This document shows, one piece after another, positions 41,764 to 53,693 of a stretch of DNA of 64,000 nt. The notes below the pieces were generated by a model, which worked only from the letters and a program-made list of their open reading frames with translations, made no database searches and was not told where the DNA came from. Source of the DNA: Eledone cirrhosa. Lineage: Eukaryota. The translations under genes and the position numbers were made by a program. Within the stretch, counting starts at the first letter, position 1; each line of letters opens with the position of its first letter. Where the stretch lies: assembly GCA_964016885.1 (NCBI GenBank), contig OZ024745.1, positions 90,830,001 to 90,894,000 on the forward strand, in the 5' to 3' direction.

Positions 41764-42077
41764 ATATGGTTTAGAAAGATAGTTGAAGAAAAATGTTATC
41801 TTACACACAAACTGACCCACACACTGCATGAACCTATCATTCAATACATAGTAATAAAACTACACTCCTTACTAGATCAAACACAAAAAGCCCAAGATAG
41901 TCAGATATTCAAGCTAGCAGCTTTGATGTTCATCCTATTCTTCCACAAATGGTGAAAGTACTATATATCTATAGACTTTACCTCTTTAAAATATATATGT
42001 GTGTGTGTGTGCATGTATATATATGATGATGAGTCCATTAATGATATAATGGAGTACATCATTTTATATATATATAT

Positions 42078-42411
42078 CATCATCATCATCATTTTTACGT
42101 CTGCTTTTTCCCTGCGTGCAAGGGTGGGACGGGACTGATTCTGGCTTGATTTCTACAGCTGGATGCCCTTCCTAACACCAACTTCATTTACAGTGAGTGA
42201 TGCATGCTTTTTTTGCCGTGGCACCTCCACGACCATTTTGCAGTGGAATGATATGGACCCCAGTCCCTATCATCTCATTTCTACAGCTGAGTAAACTGGA
42301 GCAATGTGAAATAAAGTGTCTTGCTCAAGGAAACAACACATCACCCGGTCTGAGAATTGAACTCACAACCTTTCGATTGCAAGGCTCTAACCACTAAGCC
42401 ATGTGCCTCCA
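42078..42411 (-). mobile_element. SINE family A (short deletion in head)
   Basis: Full match; GCAAGGCTCTAAC variant. Confidence 0.85.
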
Positions 42412-43183
42412 TATATATATATCACTCTACTGTTGTATTTTTGTTTGTGTAAACACAACAGCAGGGAAAATGGACATTAAGTTATGATGATGATATGTAT
42501 AATAATGTAGAGAGGTCTGACTAACATTGGAAATAAAAGAGACTATTGTTGTTGCTGTTAAACAGCTCCAGTAAGCTATTCTTGGGCAGGTTTACTATAG
42601 TCTATCAAACAATGCAATCAACCAGTATTCCTAGCTATGACTTTCTTCTATCAGAAACAGGGTCCTTAATTTTAGACAGTATAAAACATAAGGGTCATTA
42701 TTTTTAAGACAGAAGGGAATTTGTTAAAGATTTAGCCGCTACATTGAGCACATCAAATGATTATGGCTCATAACACACTCCAGCCTGTGACCTACATTTA
42801 TGCTGTCTTCTCTTTTTTATCATTACTACAGTGACCTCTGCTATTTGGGCTTCACTAATATTGTGCCACCTTCACAGATATAGTCCATTGTATATTATGC
42901 CTGAACGAAGATGGGATAGTCATGGCTGGAGAGCATTGGCTTGATCAGAGGGTAAATTGCAGCTAAACAATTTCTACAGTGTTACGTCATCTACACTTCT
43001 GAAAAATAAATTAGAGATTCACAGCTCTAGATAAATACCAGTGACCTTTTGGGGTTATTTTTATATGGACAAAGGTAGAGTTAATTATATAGACTATCTC
43101 TTAACATCCTGTATCACATGAAGCAGCATTAGCAAGATGTTCTTGAAATGAATAAACACCAGTATGATTGTCATATTAAACTT

Positions 43184-43452
43184 TAACCCTTTCATGACTA
43201 CATTTCTAATGAAATACACTATTTTAATTAATTAATGAAGTATTTTGAGGAATTTACAAAAATTATTAATTATTTCATTACTAAGTAACTTAATGTAAGG
43301 TTCTTATATAAAATTACATAGTAACTTAATGTAAGGTTCTTATATAAAATTATGTTGGAAGATTTTAATACAAATTGGAAACCTTTAAAATGCATGCTTT
43401 TATTTCATAGAACCAGAGCTGGTGTTGGTTGAGTAGGCAACTAAAGGGTTAA
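43184..43452. mobile_element. piggyBac-like MITE, family 2
   Basis: TTAACCCTTTC...AAAGGGTTAA; related copies near 13020-13322, 20215-20437, 40718-41183 and 44047-44266. Confidence 0.7.
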
Positions 43453-44624
43453 AGTCTTTACAGACCAGATATACAAGCCAATTCTGAGTCTTAGCCATTT
43501 TCAATGTCAAATGATGAACAACAAGTATATAAATCTGATTGTATTTGTGTTCATCATAGGTTCATTCATTTTGTTGTTTTTTATGCATGTGAATAAATGT
43601 GTACAAGTGGCCAAGTATGTACGGCGTTATGAGAAATCATCTTGATATACAGCTTCTAACTGCCACAAAATCAACACTACATGTGGTAGAATTTACACTG
43701 GTTTATTTACATTGGCACAAAGCCACACAGATTTGTAAGAGTGGAGGTGAAGTTGGCTGAATTGAATCCAAACCACCCACCCCAAACCCCATTTAGTAAC
43801 ATGATTGCTACTAATTTTCATTGACCTTGGTGAGATGAAAAACAACAAAGTCAACACTGCTGGGATTTTAACTTAGAGTATTACAAGATGGAGAGAAATA
43901 TTTGTATGCAAGACATTTAGTCAGGTATTATACTATTTGTGAGCAACAATAATGCAACAATTCTATTCTAAAGTTCTTGTGGTATCAAGTGTTATCAGAA
44001 ATTATATGAAATAGACCAGACCAAGCAAACATTTTTTCAACACTATAAACCCTTTCATGACCATTAATGAAATACACTCTATTTTAATTAATGAAGAATT
44101 TTGAGGGATTTACTAAAATTATTAATTATTTCATTACTAAGATAGTAACTTAATGTAAGGTTCTTATATAAAATTATCTTGGAAGATTTTAATTTAAACT
44201 GGAGAGCTTTGGTTTTATTTCAGAGAACCAGAGTCACTTTTGGCAAGGCTGGTAACTAAAGGGTTAAACCCTTCTCCAAACTAAAATAGGTAGCATTGAG
44301 AGGTGTGCAGTTCATTGCTTTAGGTTTCAAAGTCCATGTAAAAAAGAAGTAGTGTTGCAACACACACACACACACACAATGAAAACAGTCAAGCTCCAGA
44401 AAGTCTGAGTATTCTTCTGGAGATATATTATTCTGTGAATCTATCTCAACTAGTTTAGCTGCCATTCAGCAAGGACATGCATGTAGAAGCTGATAGTTTA
44501 GTCTATCAAAGGCACATCCTCAAATGCCTAAACGAAACAACAAAACAATAACAGCAGTGACATGATTAAACACAGAGAGATCTTGTAGCATGACATAGTT
44601 GGGAAGTGGCAGACATAAGTGGTG

Positions 44625-44664
<40 letters not shown>

Positions 44665-45864
44665 AAAACAATAAAACAGTCTTTAATATATGTATTCTAC
44701 AGGAAAAATAAACTCATCCTTAAACCACTCCATAGCTTTTCAGTTTCTTAGAAAATGAGAAAATATTTGAAAAAGTAAACAGGCTTTTGTTCTTTCCAAT
44801 TGGTTGCATTCAGTAGTGAACCAACTAGAACTTTGCTGCATCTTTCACTACCTCACTTATTCTGACTTTAATTCATGCTCATGTCAAGCTGACATATTTC
44901 ATTACTCAAAGATCCAATAAAATTTTGATTAAACTATAATCTAGCCTAATGTTCAATTTTAAAAATCATTAATATCATTAAAAAACAAACAGAACTCTAT
45001 GCCTAACAGTATTTAGTTTGATCCTTTTGTAATCCGAGTTCAAATCCTATAAAAATCAGCCTTACTGTTTCTTTCACTTGGAATTCTTAAATAGGTAGCA
45101 ATTCCCTACTAGGGTTAATATAATCAACTATAAACTTCCTTCTTTACAAATCTGTAGCTCTGAATCAATGAAAGAAATCAATATTAACAATGCTATCTAT
45201 CTTGAAGCTTCATGCCTTAAGAAATTATCACAACTACAACTATCTGGATTATATTACTACTACTACTATTAATACCACCTAAAATTACTATCACTTCTAT
45301 TTAAAGTGAAATAATCTTAAGATTAAGATTAACAAACTACTGCTGAATACAAATAAACAATGACATGGAATATTGGTTTCTTTTTAATCTTGTTAGTGAA
45401 GAGAAGGTAAGACTGTGGAATGAGAGAAAGGAAGAGTAGTAGATAGAAAAAATGATAGCAGGAATCAGTGCCAAGAGAGAGAGGGTTTGTTAGAGATTTA
45501 GAGTGAGGGGTGGTTAGAAGATGAGATGGAGAGAGAAAAAGATATATTAGACTGATGGTAAAAGGGAAAGTAGGTGGAATGTGGAGAGGGAAAGTAATAA
45601 AAAAAATGTGCTTTATAAAGAAGAGAAAAGGAGAGCATTGAGATATGGAGGAAGAAAATAGAATTGAAATTGATGGAGTAGTAGGTAGAGATAGGTAGAG
45701 AAAAGGGATGAATGGAGAAATTGATGGAGAGTAAGCTGTGGGAGCATTGCTTGACAAGGAAGTTGGTATTGATAGAATGAGGGAGAACTGGGTTAGAAAA
45801 GAATAGAGAAACAATGTTGATAGAAAAAATAGAGGAGCAGTTGGTAGAATGGAAGAAAGAGAAG

Positions 45865-46346
45865 GGTTGATAAACTTGGAGAGCAGTGTCATATAAATGT
45901 GGGAGTGTATTAGTTGATAAACTTAGAGAGCAGTGTCATATAAATGTGGGAGTGTATTAGTTGATAAACTTAGAGAGCAGTGTCATATAAATGTGGGAGG
46001 GGTGTTAGTTGATAAACTTAGAAAGCAGTGTCATATAAATGTGGGAGGGGTGTTAGTTGATAAACTTAGAACAGTGTGATATGTGGGGAGGGGCTAGTTG
46101 ATAAACTTAGAACAGTGTGATATAAATGGGGGGGTAGTTGATAAACTTAGAGCAATGTGATATAAATGGAGGGGATGATAAACTTAGAGAGCAGTGTGAT
46201 ATAAATGGGGGGGGGGGGGTAGTTGATAAACTTAGAACAGTGTGATATAAATGTGGGGAGGGGGTTAGTTGATAAACTTAGAGCAGTGTGATATAAATGG
46301 AGGGGGTGATAAACTTAGAGAGCAGTGTGATATGTGGGGAGGGGGT
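45865..46346. repeat. Minisatellite, ~40-48-bp unit
   Basis: About 11 copies of TTGATAAACTTAGAGAGCAGTGTCATATAAATGTGGGAG. Confidence 0.92.
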
Positions 46347-47444
46347 GGACTGAATGGAAGTAAAATATAGTGTGTGTATATGTGGTGAGAATCAAGATGC
46401 GTTATCAGTGTAGAGATTTATGAATCAGTCATACATTGAGCAGCTGATTAACTAACAATGACCCTGAATTGAACAGTGATCAGCTGGCAACCTTCAGAGA
46501 GATTGAAAAAAAATCGATACACGGGAGCCAAACAATTTATAAAAGAGAGAAAAAGTGACAGATGAAAAAAAAAATAGTTTTCGTGCAAAAATCTATTGTA
46601 TTTTTAAAAGGGGGGAGGGGTAAGAAGGATTAACAAAGAAACGTTGCTGAAGACCGCGTGTTTGAATCCCCTAGTGTCAAGTTCTTAGTAACAATGTTCT
46701 CGCTAGGTTTCGTGAAATATGAAAACATTTGCAAGAGGTGTGAACCATCTCAACCAAAGAGAAAGTGATAGAATACTAAAATTGATGGAATGATGGGGGA
46801 GAGGGGGTTAATAGAAAATACGTGTGTTAAGAACTTAGGTATATTCTTCCGGGTAGCAATCATGCGTGACGAAATGATAAATATCGGAATATGCAAAAGT
46901 CAATCATCTGTGAAGTTGACAGAAATGACCCATTAGAAACGTAGTCCATCTCACCACTACCACATGACCTGAATTATGAAAAGGAGCAGCAAAATTTCTA
47001 GTGACCTATCATGTCTTGTTAATTAGAGTAAATGTGCGCAAAAGTCTCATTAAGATCCGTAGTGTGAATATACATACACACACAATGTGTATTTTCTCTT
47101 ACACACTATTGTGTGTGAGAAAAAATGTGATGGGCGAAGGAGTATTTGAGTATGTGTATGCGTGCATGTGTGTGTATGTATGTATGTGAATGTGTATGTA
47201 TGTATGTGTGTGTATGTGTTGATGTTTAACACCTCCCCTATTCGGTCGTTTAATAACAAAAGTAATTAATTTTTAATAATGTTTTGCTCCACTGAAAAGA
47301 TATTTGCTTGAGATTGTTTCATATTATCTTCTTCGTCAAATAAACCCGACAATTTTATTTGCTGCATTAACACAAACAAATTACTTTTTCCTTATGTATG
47401 TCGCTGGCAAAAATTTTAATCGAGATTAAAAGTATACTTCTTCG

Positions 47445-47850
47445 CCCACTTATTCCTGAGAGGGTCGTGGGCTCAGAGTCTTCAAACACTCCTTCCAGTG
47501 GTGCTATCAGAAGCCCCAATACATCCGGCTGGATCCCCCAGTGAGATCAGCCAAGCTCATGGATCTGTCCGGCGATTCTTTCTTGAGACATTCTAACCAC
47601 ATGCCCACAGTACTGGAGCTGTGATCTTTCAATTACCTGCAGTAATTTTTGTATCCCCAATCCACGCACTCTATCGAGTAACGTTACAACAAAGACACTT
47701 CGGAGGAACCCCATTTCGGCCGCTTGTATTCGCGATCGTATTTTTTCGGTTATTACCCAAGATTCATGATCATGGGTAAGGGTTAACACGAATACCGAAT
47801 TAAAGATAGCGAGTTTAGCTTTTACACCTATCTCCCTTCTGATCACCATA
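47445..47850 (-). mobile_element. RTE-clade LINE 3' fragment
   Basis: ESWVITEKIRSRIQAAEMGFLR..LLDRVR..IERSQL..GHVVRM. Confidence 0.75.
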
Positions 47851-49683
47851 AGCCTACAGGTGAAATTTGTAACCACAGGCTGGTTACAAATTGTTGACAA
47901 TCACACTCTCATTGATTTACAGCAAAAGAGAAAAATATAGTTGTTTTTTTTACTTTGTAATATATCTTAGCTGCAGATAGAAGGAAATCTGCAGTTAATC
48001 CAACAACTCCATCATCGGCAGCGACTACAGTATATTTCCCTTAGTATTAAGATAGACCCATTCATAATTATGAAATACAGAGACACAAAGCTATTTATTT
48101 TAAACTGAAAAAGGTAAAAAGTAAAGTTGACCCCGGGGGATTAGTCTTCACTTTAATCATACCACCTCTCGAGTGACACAGAAAGATGACATTTAATTTG
48201 AAAGTTTGTTGTTGTTGTTTGGTTCTTGTTAGGTGTGGTCGACTGACTCGATAACCAAACACATTGCTGGAATTTTAATCCTCCCATCGAGTTTCCTCGC
48301 CGATACAATGCAACAAAACCATCTCTTTCGTCTCCAGATTTACGTAAAAGAACTTAGATGATGTAACATTCATGCCTTTTCTAAATACATACAAGTGATC
48401 CGAATGAAATGGTTTCATCGTATAATTATAAGCCGATCTAACTTAGCCTGTCGGAAGCCTACATATATATTATCTCCTCTACAACAACTTATGTGCGTGT
48501 TTTTTGTCATAATTAAGTGACACATTAAAGATTACACCGACTTCTATTGCAGCTAATAAATAGCACCAAAGCTAGTTAGTTTGAACACCTCTATAAAATA
48601 TATTTAATACTGGATAAACACATTGTCTTTTTTGGTTTACAATAAACTCTAAATATGATGAGCAGTCAATTCAATTGATTAAAAGCACAAATAAGTAATA
48701 ATTAACTGTGAAAACACGATTGTGATGCTGAAAAGACGGATAAATTTAGAAATTCTTGGCCATGAGGATATTATGAAATAGTGACGATAGCAGAGATAGT
48801 AGTAATTATTGAAAAGCTGTGGCAGAAAAGGAGAAACGATTAAATACCCAACCGAAATAACCTTAATTTTATCTCTTTACATCTTCAGAGTACTACTTCA
48901 CTTTTTATCCTCCCATCCAGTAAAAGTGGTCGATAAAATAAGTACCAGTTATATACACCGCTAAAGATAGAGTCGACAGTATAACCATCGGTGGAACTTT
49001 GGACAACATGCTTTAAGGCATAGAGTTACAGCCCTTTACGTTCTGAGTTCAAATTCCGCCGAGGTTGGCTTTGCCTTTCACCCTCACGGGGTCGATAAAA
49101 TAAAGTACCAGTAACGCACTGGGTCGATTTCAATGACTTTCCCTTCCACGGGCCTTGCGCCTAAACCAGAAACCATTATTGTTATCAAAGTGATGTTGAT
49201 GGTGTTGGAATAGTAGTATTGGTGGCAGCATTATTATTGATATTAAAGTGATGTTGATGATGGTGTTGGTAATGTTGGTGGCATAGTAGTAGTGAGGGCG
49301 ATAGCAGTATAATTATTGGCATTAAAGTGATGGTGGTGGTGGCTCAGTGAAGTAGCATGGTCGTCGTAAGAAGCAGAGATAAGAAATTCAACAGTGAGAA
49401 AGAGGAAAGTTACTTCTAAAGCAAGTTATTCCTTCAAGTTACAACTAAGGAAACTCAACTCACATGGATACTTTCGAACGAAACATACCACACGCCTTAA
49501 TATTTTGGTTGAGGTTTTACATAAAAACCATTTTATAATTATCATTATTGTTGTAAAGAATTCAAACTAACTTAAATAGAATATCTGTAGCTATAAGGTT
49601 TATTCTATTAATGATAATAGTGTTAAGAGAAGTAATGGTGATAGTGTTAGGGCGGTGTTTAGGATAATATATACATGTGTGTG

Positions 49684-49800
49684 TGTCGGGTTTAATCGGG
49701 CGTAACCACAGTTAGTAAGGCACTCAATACATTTACAGAGTGTAAACATCAAGTTTAATATAGAAATGGCTTCTAAGTCCTGTAGAAGCCATTTCTATAT
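49684..49800 (-). mobile_element. Short hairpin-head plus tail element between microsatellites
   Basis: Perfect 18-bp stem 49758-49775/49783-49800 with a 7-nt loop, abutting (TA)n. Confidence 0.55.
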
Positions 49801-50525
49801 ATATATATATATATACAACCACTGAATTTCGTTCTGTGTATCAATGCTGTGTAGAAATAATTACTTCCTTGGATTAATGTACAAGATTAATCAACGAGTG
49901 TTATAAAAATTAAAAAAACAGTCGTACTATTGGACTGACATTTCATTTTTTAGGGGAAGAAAAGCAAAGTTAAGCAAGACACTGTTAGATCCAATAAAAT
50001 ATTTAAGGTAAAGAGTACCACCACTAATTATTTCTTTCAGTGGTACCACGCCATATATTTGTTATTTAGGGGGCCAGGGGAGGGGCTGGTTGATTCAACA
50101 TCAAATTTATTTCTGGTACTTAATTTAATGACAAAATAGACCCCGATGGAATTTGAACTCAGAACCTAGAAAGATAGACAAAATATATCCTGCCACCTTC
50201 AAAAACAAAAAAAAAATATTTTTAATTTCATATAAGACACAAGGTCATAGATTAATAATTGTTTCTACTTTTTGGCACAAGGCCAGCGATTACCCCAGTG
50301 CATCACTGGTACTTTATTTTATCGACCCCGAAGGATGAAAGGCAAAGTTAACCTCGGCGGGAGGTTAACTTTGCCTACAGTATATGACTGGGACTACACA
50401 GATATACAATACACAGTCTGTCAGATAATTAGTGTTGCGACGCTCTACTTATTTTGACTAATTCCACTGCCTTCAGCTTTCAAACATTCACAACAATGTG
50501 TAGATAGATATATAAATGAACGCAC

Positions 50526-50693
50526 CTTGTATACTTTCCCGAAGGCTCCATCTCCTAATTCGCCGACTATATCCCAATATAAGTTAGGGTCGACGTCTGT
50601 TTTAATACATGGATGAATGTTTTTCTTCTTCTTTAAATCGTCGTCGGCACCACTTAAGCGGAAGATTTTCTTAAAGTTACTGAAGAATGACAT
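50526..50693 (-). CDS. SLK: Ste20-like kinase (SLK/STK10 family), first coding exon
   Basis: 56 codons MSFFSNFKKIFRL...WDIVGELGDGAFGKVYK, matching the SLK/LOK N-terminus and Gly-rich loop; phase-0 donor AAG|GTGCGT at 50525. Confidence 0.93.
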
Positions 50694-52099
50694 AATGTCC
50701 AACTTTTTTTTTTACACCGATATTATATATATATGTTTGTTTTTTCGTTAAGTAGAATGGATGTACAATGAATTGTGTCTCCAACACTAGTACAGACACA
50801 CACACAAATTGAAATCCTGTTGTACTCCGGCGTGTGTGTAGTGTGTGTCTGTTGAAATTCAGATATAATAAGCACGTAAAAGACTACATGTGGGTGTATA
50901 TATATGTATGTGTGTGTATACGTATGTATATATGTGAGTATGTATGTATATGTCTACAATTACTGGATCTTGTGTTGTATCACGATATAATAAAACACAC
51001 CCTTATTTATTATAATAGTGGAAATTAAACGTTTGACAGAAGGAAGAGAAAAATACGACAGTTAAACTACTGGATTAAATAATTATATAAATGTTGGTTT
51101 GATTCTTGAATGGATCATGAAAATCGTAAGGGCCTCTGGGATAAACTTAGGGGGTTAGTCAGAAATAATTTTACTATCTTTGCTGTCTTGTGTTGTCTCT
51201 GTATGGTATGAAATATCAGAGAATATGAAACATAAAAAGCCGTTTTTTTTTTTCTCTTTACTTCCTTTAAATCCAATTCGAAAGATTACCGAGGACATTG
51301 ATCGGAGGAAATTAGTTTTCCATGTATGAGTTAGGATGTGAGTATGTTTCTCTCTCGGTGGGTAGATATAGTTAAGTTTAAACTTGTAATAAAATATATT
51401 AACAATATTCCACCATACAATGATGATAATGTCTTTCTTTAAGCGAGGAACAACGCCTCGGGTTTATAGGAACTGTGACAAAACGAGTTGTTTTGATGTT
51501 CATGCCTTCCATTAGGGTGTTAGGCAATGTTTGTTAAATGGAATGACTTTCAACTGAGAATTTGGTAACAATAATAACAATTCTTTATAACAGTTTTGAA
51601 GTGAGTAGTACTGTAGTGATTATTATTGTGATGTTAATAATAGAAATAATATACGGGTTTGTTGGTTTGTTGTTGCAGCAAGCTTTCATTAAAACGTAGA
51701 CAATAAACTACAGATAATTCCATGGAAATATATATACATATATATACACACACAATAAAAAGAAATTTAGGTGTAGAGGTGGGAAGGACAGTAATGTCAA
51801 TCAGGAATCATCAATGCAAGATAAACAGTGACTAGAAGAGGGTATATGTGTGTATATATATATATATATCTTATATATATTATATATACAGAAAATACCC
51901 TTTCGTTGCTTCAAAGGAAAATATAGTCCGGATGATTAAAAAAAATGTAGGTAAATTATGAGAGACGATTTCTTGTTGTCATCTTATGTGTAATAGATAG
52001 TGTAAATAATAATGTATAAAATACTCTGTTTTCATGAAGCTCTCCGTTGTGTATGACTTGGCCAGCCACACCGATTACGTCTGATAACCATTCTGTATT

Positions 52100-52195
52100 T
52101 AGTTACGGCAGCCATTTTGTTGTTTGACTATCCCGCATCATCTTCCCGTCCACTGCGCATGTCAACAGATATTGCATCATGACGTCATAGCTCTC
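52100..52195 (-). promoter_or_regulatory. Probable SLK core promoter
   Basis: CpG-retaining cluster: YY1-like AAAATGGCTGCC (minus, 52107-52118), NRF1-like TGCGCATG (52154-52161), palindromic CRE TGACGTCA (52180-52187), about 1.4 kb upstream of the ATG. Confidence 0.6.
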
Positions 52196-52589
52196 AGAAA
52201 TACCCTCTTTTTTCATATTTTGGTTCCCAAATATTTTAACTTGATTGTTTTCAAAGAGGACACAGAGAATAAATAATATATTTTATTTTATTTTATTTAG
52301 CAATTTATTTATCTATTTATTATTTGTTTATTTCTTTTCAACAGCAACTCCACCTCCAAATGCTAACCTTTCCTTTCCTTTCTTGTTTCTTTTCATTACA
52401 TAATTTTGTTTTTATCCTTTTTTTTTTATATTTCCATCCTTGTATAACTTCTGTTGTAAAATGTAGTTGACATAATAAAACCATAGCTAAACAAAAACAA
52501 AAAAAAGTATTGTGCTTGGCCTCAGCCTGTCGGCTGGAACATGCATTAGAGTAAAACCTAACAAAAAAAGTTTATCACACATATTCTTG

Positions 52590-52885
52590 TGTGTATGATG
52601 AACAAGGTTATGAAAGCTATGAAAGAGTGTTCTAGCACAACTGATTAGGGATCAAGTTAACCTAGATGAGATATAGTTTGGCTTGGTGCTGCGTAAACGT
52701 ATGCCTGATAACCTCTTCCTTCTGAGACAAACTGGTGAGAAGAACTTAGCTAAGAGTAAGCCCTTCCAACTAACATTCATTGATATGGATAAAGGTTTTG
52801 ATAGCGTACCTCGCTCCATCATCTGGCAGGCTCTTAGAAACTTGGGGGGAGATGAATGAGTGACTGAGCATTCCATAGACATATA
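52590..52885 (+). mobile_element. RTE-clade RT fragment
   Basis: FIDMDKGFDSVPRSIIWQALRNLG at ~52776-52848. Confidence 0.65.
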
Positions 52886-53044
52886 GTTCTCAAGGAAATT
52901 TAGTATGGCACTGTGAGTCAAAGCTGACCCTTTGAATTGCAGGCGCAAGTCCTTTTATCCAGTAGAGAAGACTGGTTATTAACAGAGCAGATCTTCAGAT
53001 TATATGGCTTTACAGAAGCCATACTGGTGATCATTGTAAAGGTG

Positions 53045-53370
53045 CATGTCTTAATGGTTAGAGTGTCAAGCTTACAATCATGAGGTTGTGAGTTCAATTC
53101 TCAGACCGGGCTTTGTGTTGTGTTCTTGAGCAAGACACTTTATTTCAGGCTGCTCCAGTTCACTCAGCTGTAGAAATGAGTTGCGACATCACTGGTGCCA
53201 AGCTGTATCGGCCATTGCTTTTCCCTTCGACAACATCGGTGGCATAGAAAGGGGAGACTGGTATGCATGGGTGACTGCTACAAACAACCTTACCTGGACT
53301 TGTGCCTCAGAGGGGAACTTTCTAGGTGTAAATCCCATGGTCATTATTGACCGAAGGGGGTCTTAACCCA
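53045..53370 (+). mobile_element. tRNA-derived SINE (family A-like head, different 3' part)
   Basis: GAGTTCAATTCTCAGACCGG B box, CORE-like body, TTTACCC-type repeated tail. Confidence 0.7.
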
Positions 53371-53693
53371 TTGCCCTTTACTGGTCTTTACCCATTACCC
53401 TTTTCATACCAAATTGCCTAATCATGCCCTTAGTTCTACAATACCAAGCTGTTTATTTTAAAGCACTTATCTATGTATATATCTGCCTATTCTGGGATGG
53501 ACACGTGTTAAACTTGCTCGGTAAGTTTTGTTTAAATTTCCTTAGAAATTTGTCATTGCGAACTTTTAATTTTATACCAATTTGTAGAGGGACTGACAGG
53601 TCAAATTTTGATCTGGTCAGTCCTCCAAAATATCGTGCCCCTCAGGGCAAAAACATCCAAAATATTTTTGCAAAACAGTACATTTTTTTTTAA

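Noticed and set aside
45329-45892. 187-aa Ser/Leu/Phe/Pro-rich ORF
   Set aside because: By-product of a purine/pyrimidine-skewed low-complexity tract; no recognisable domain.
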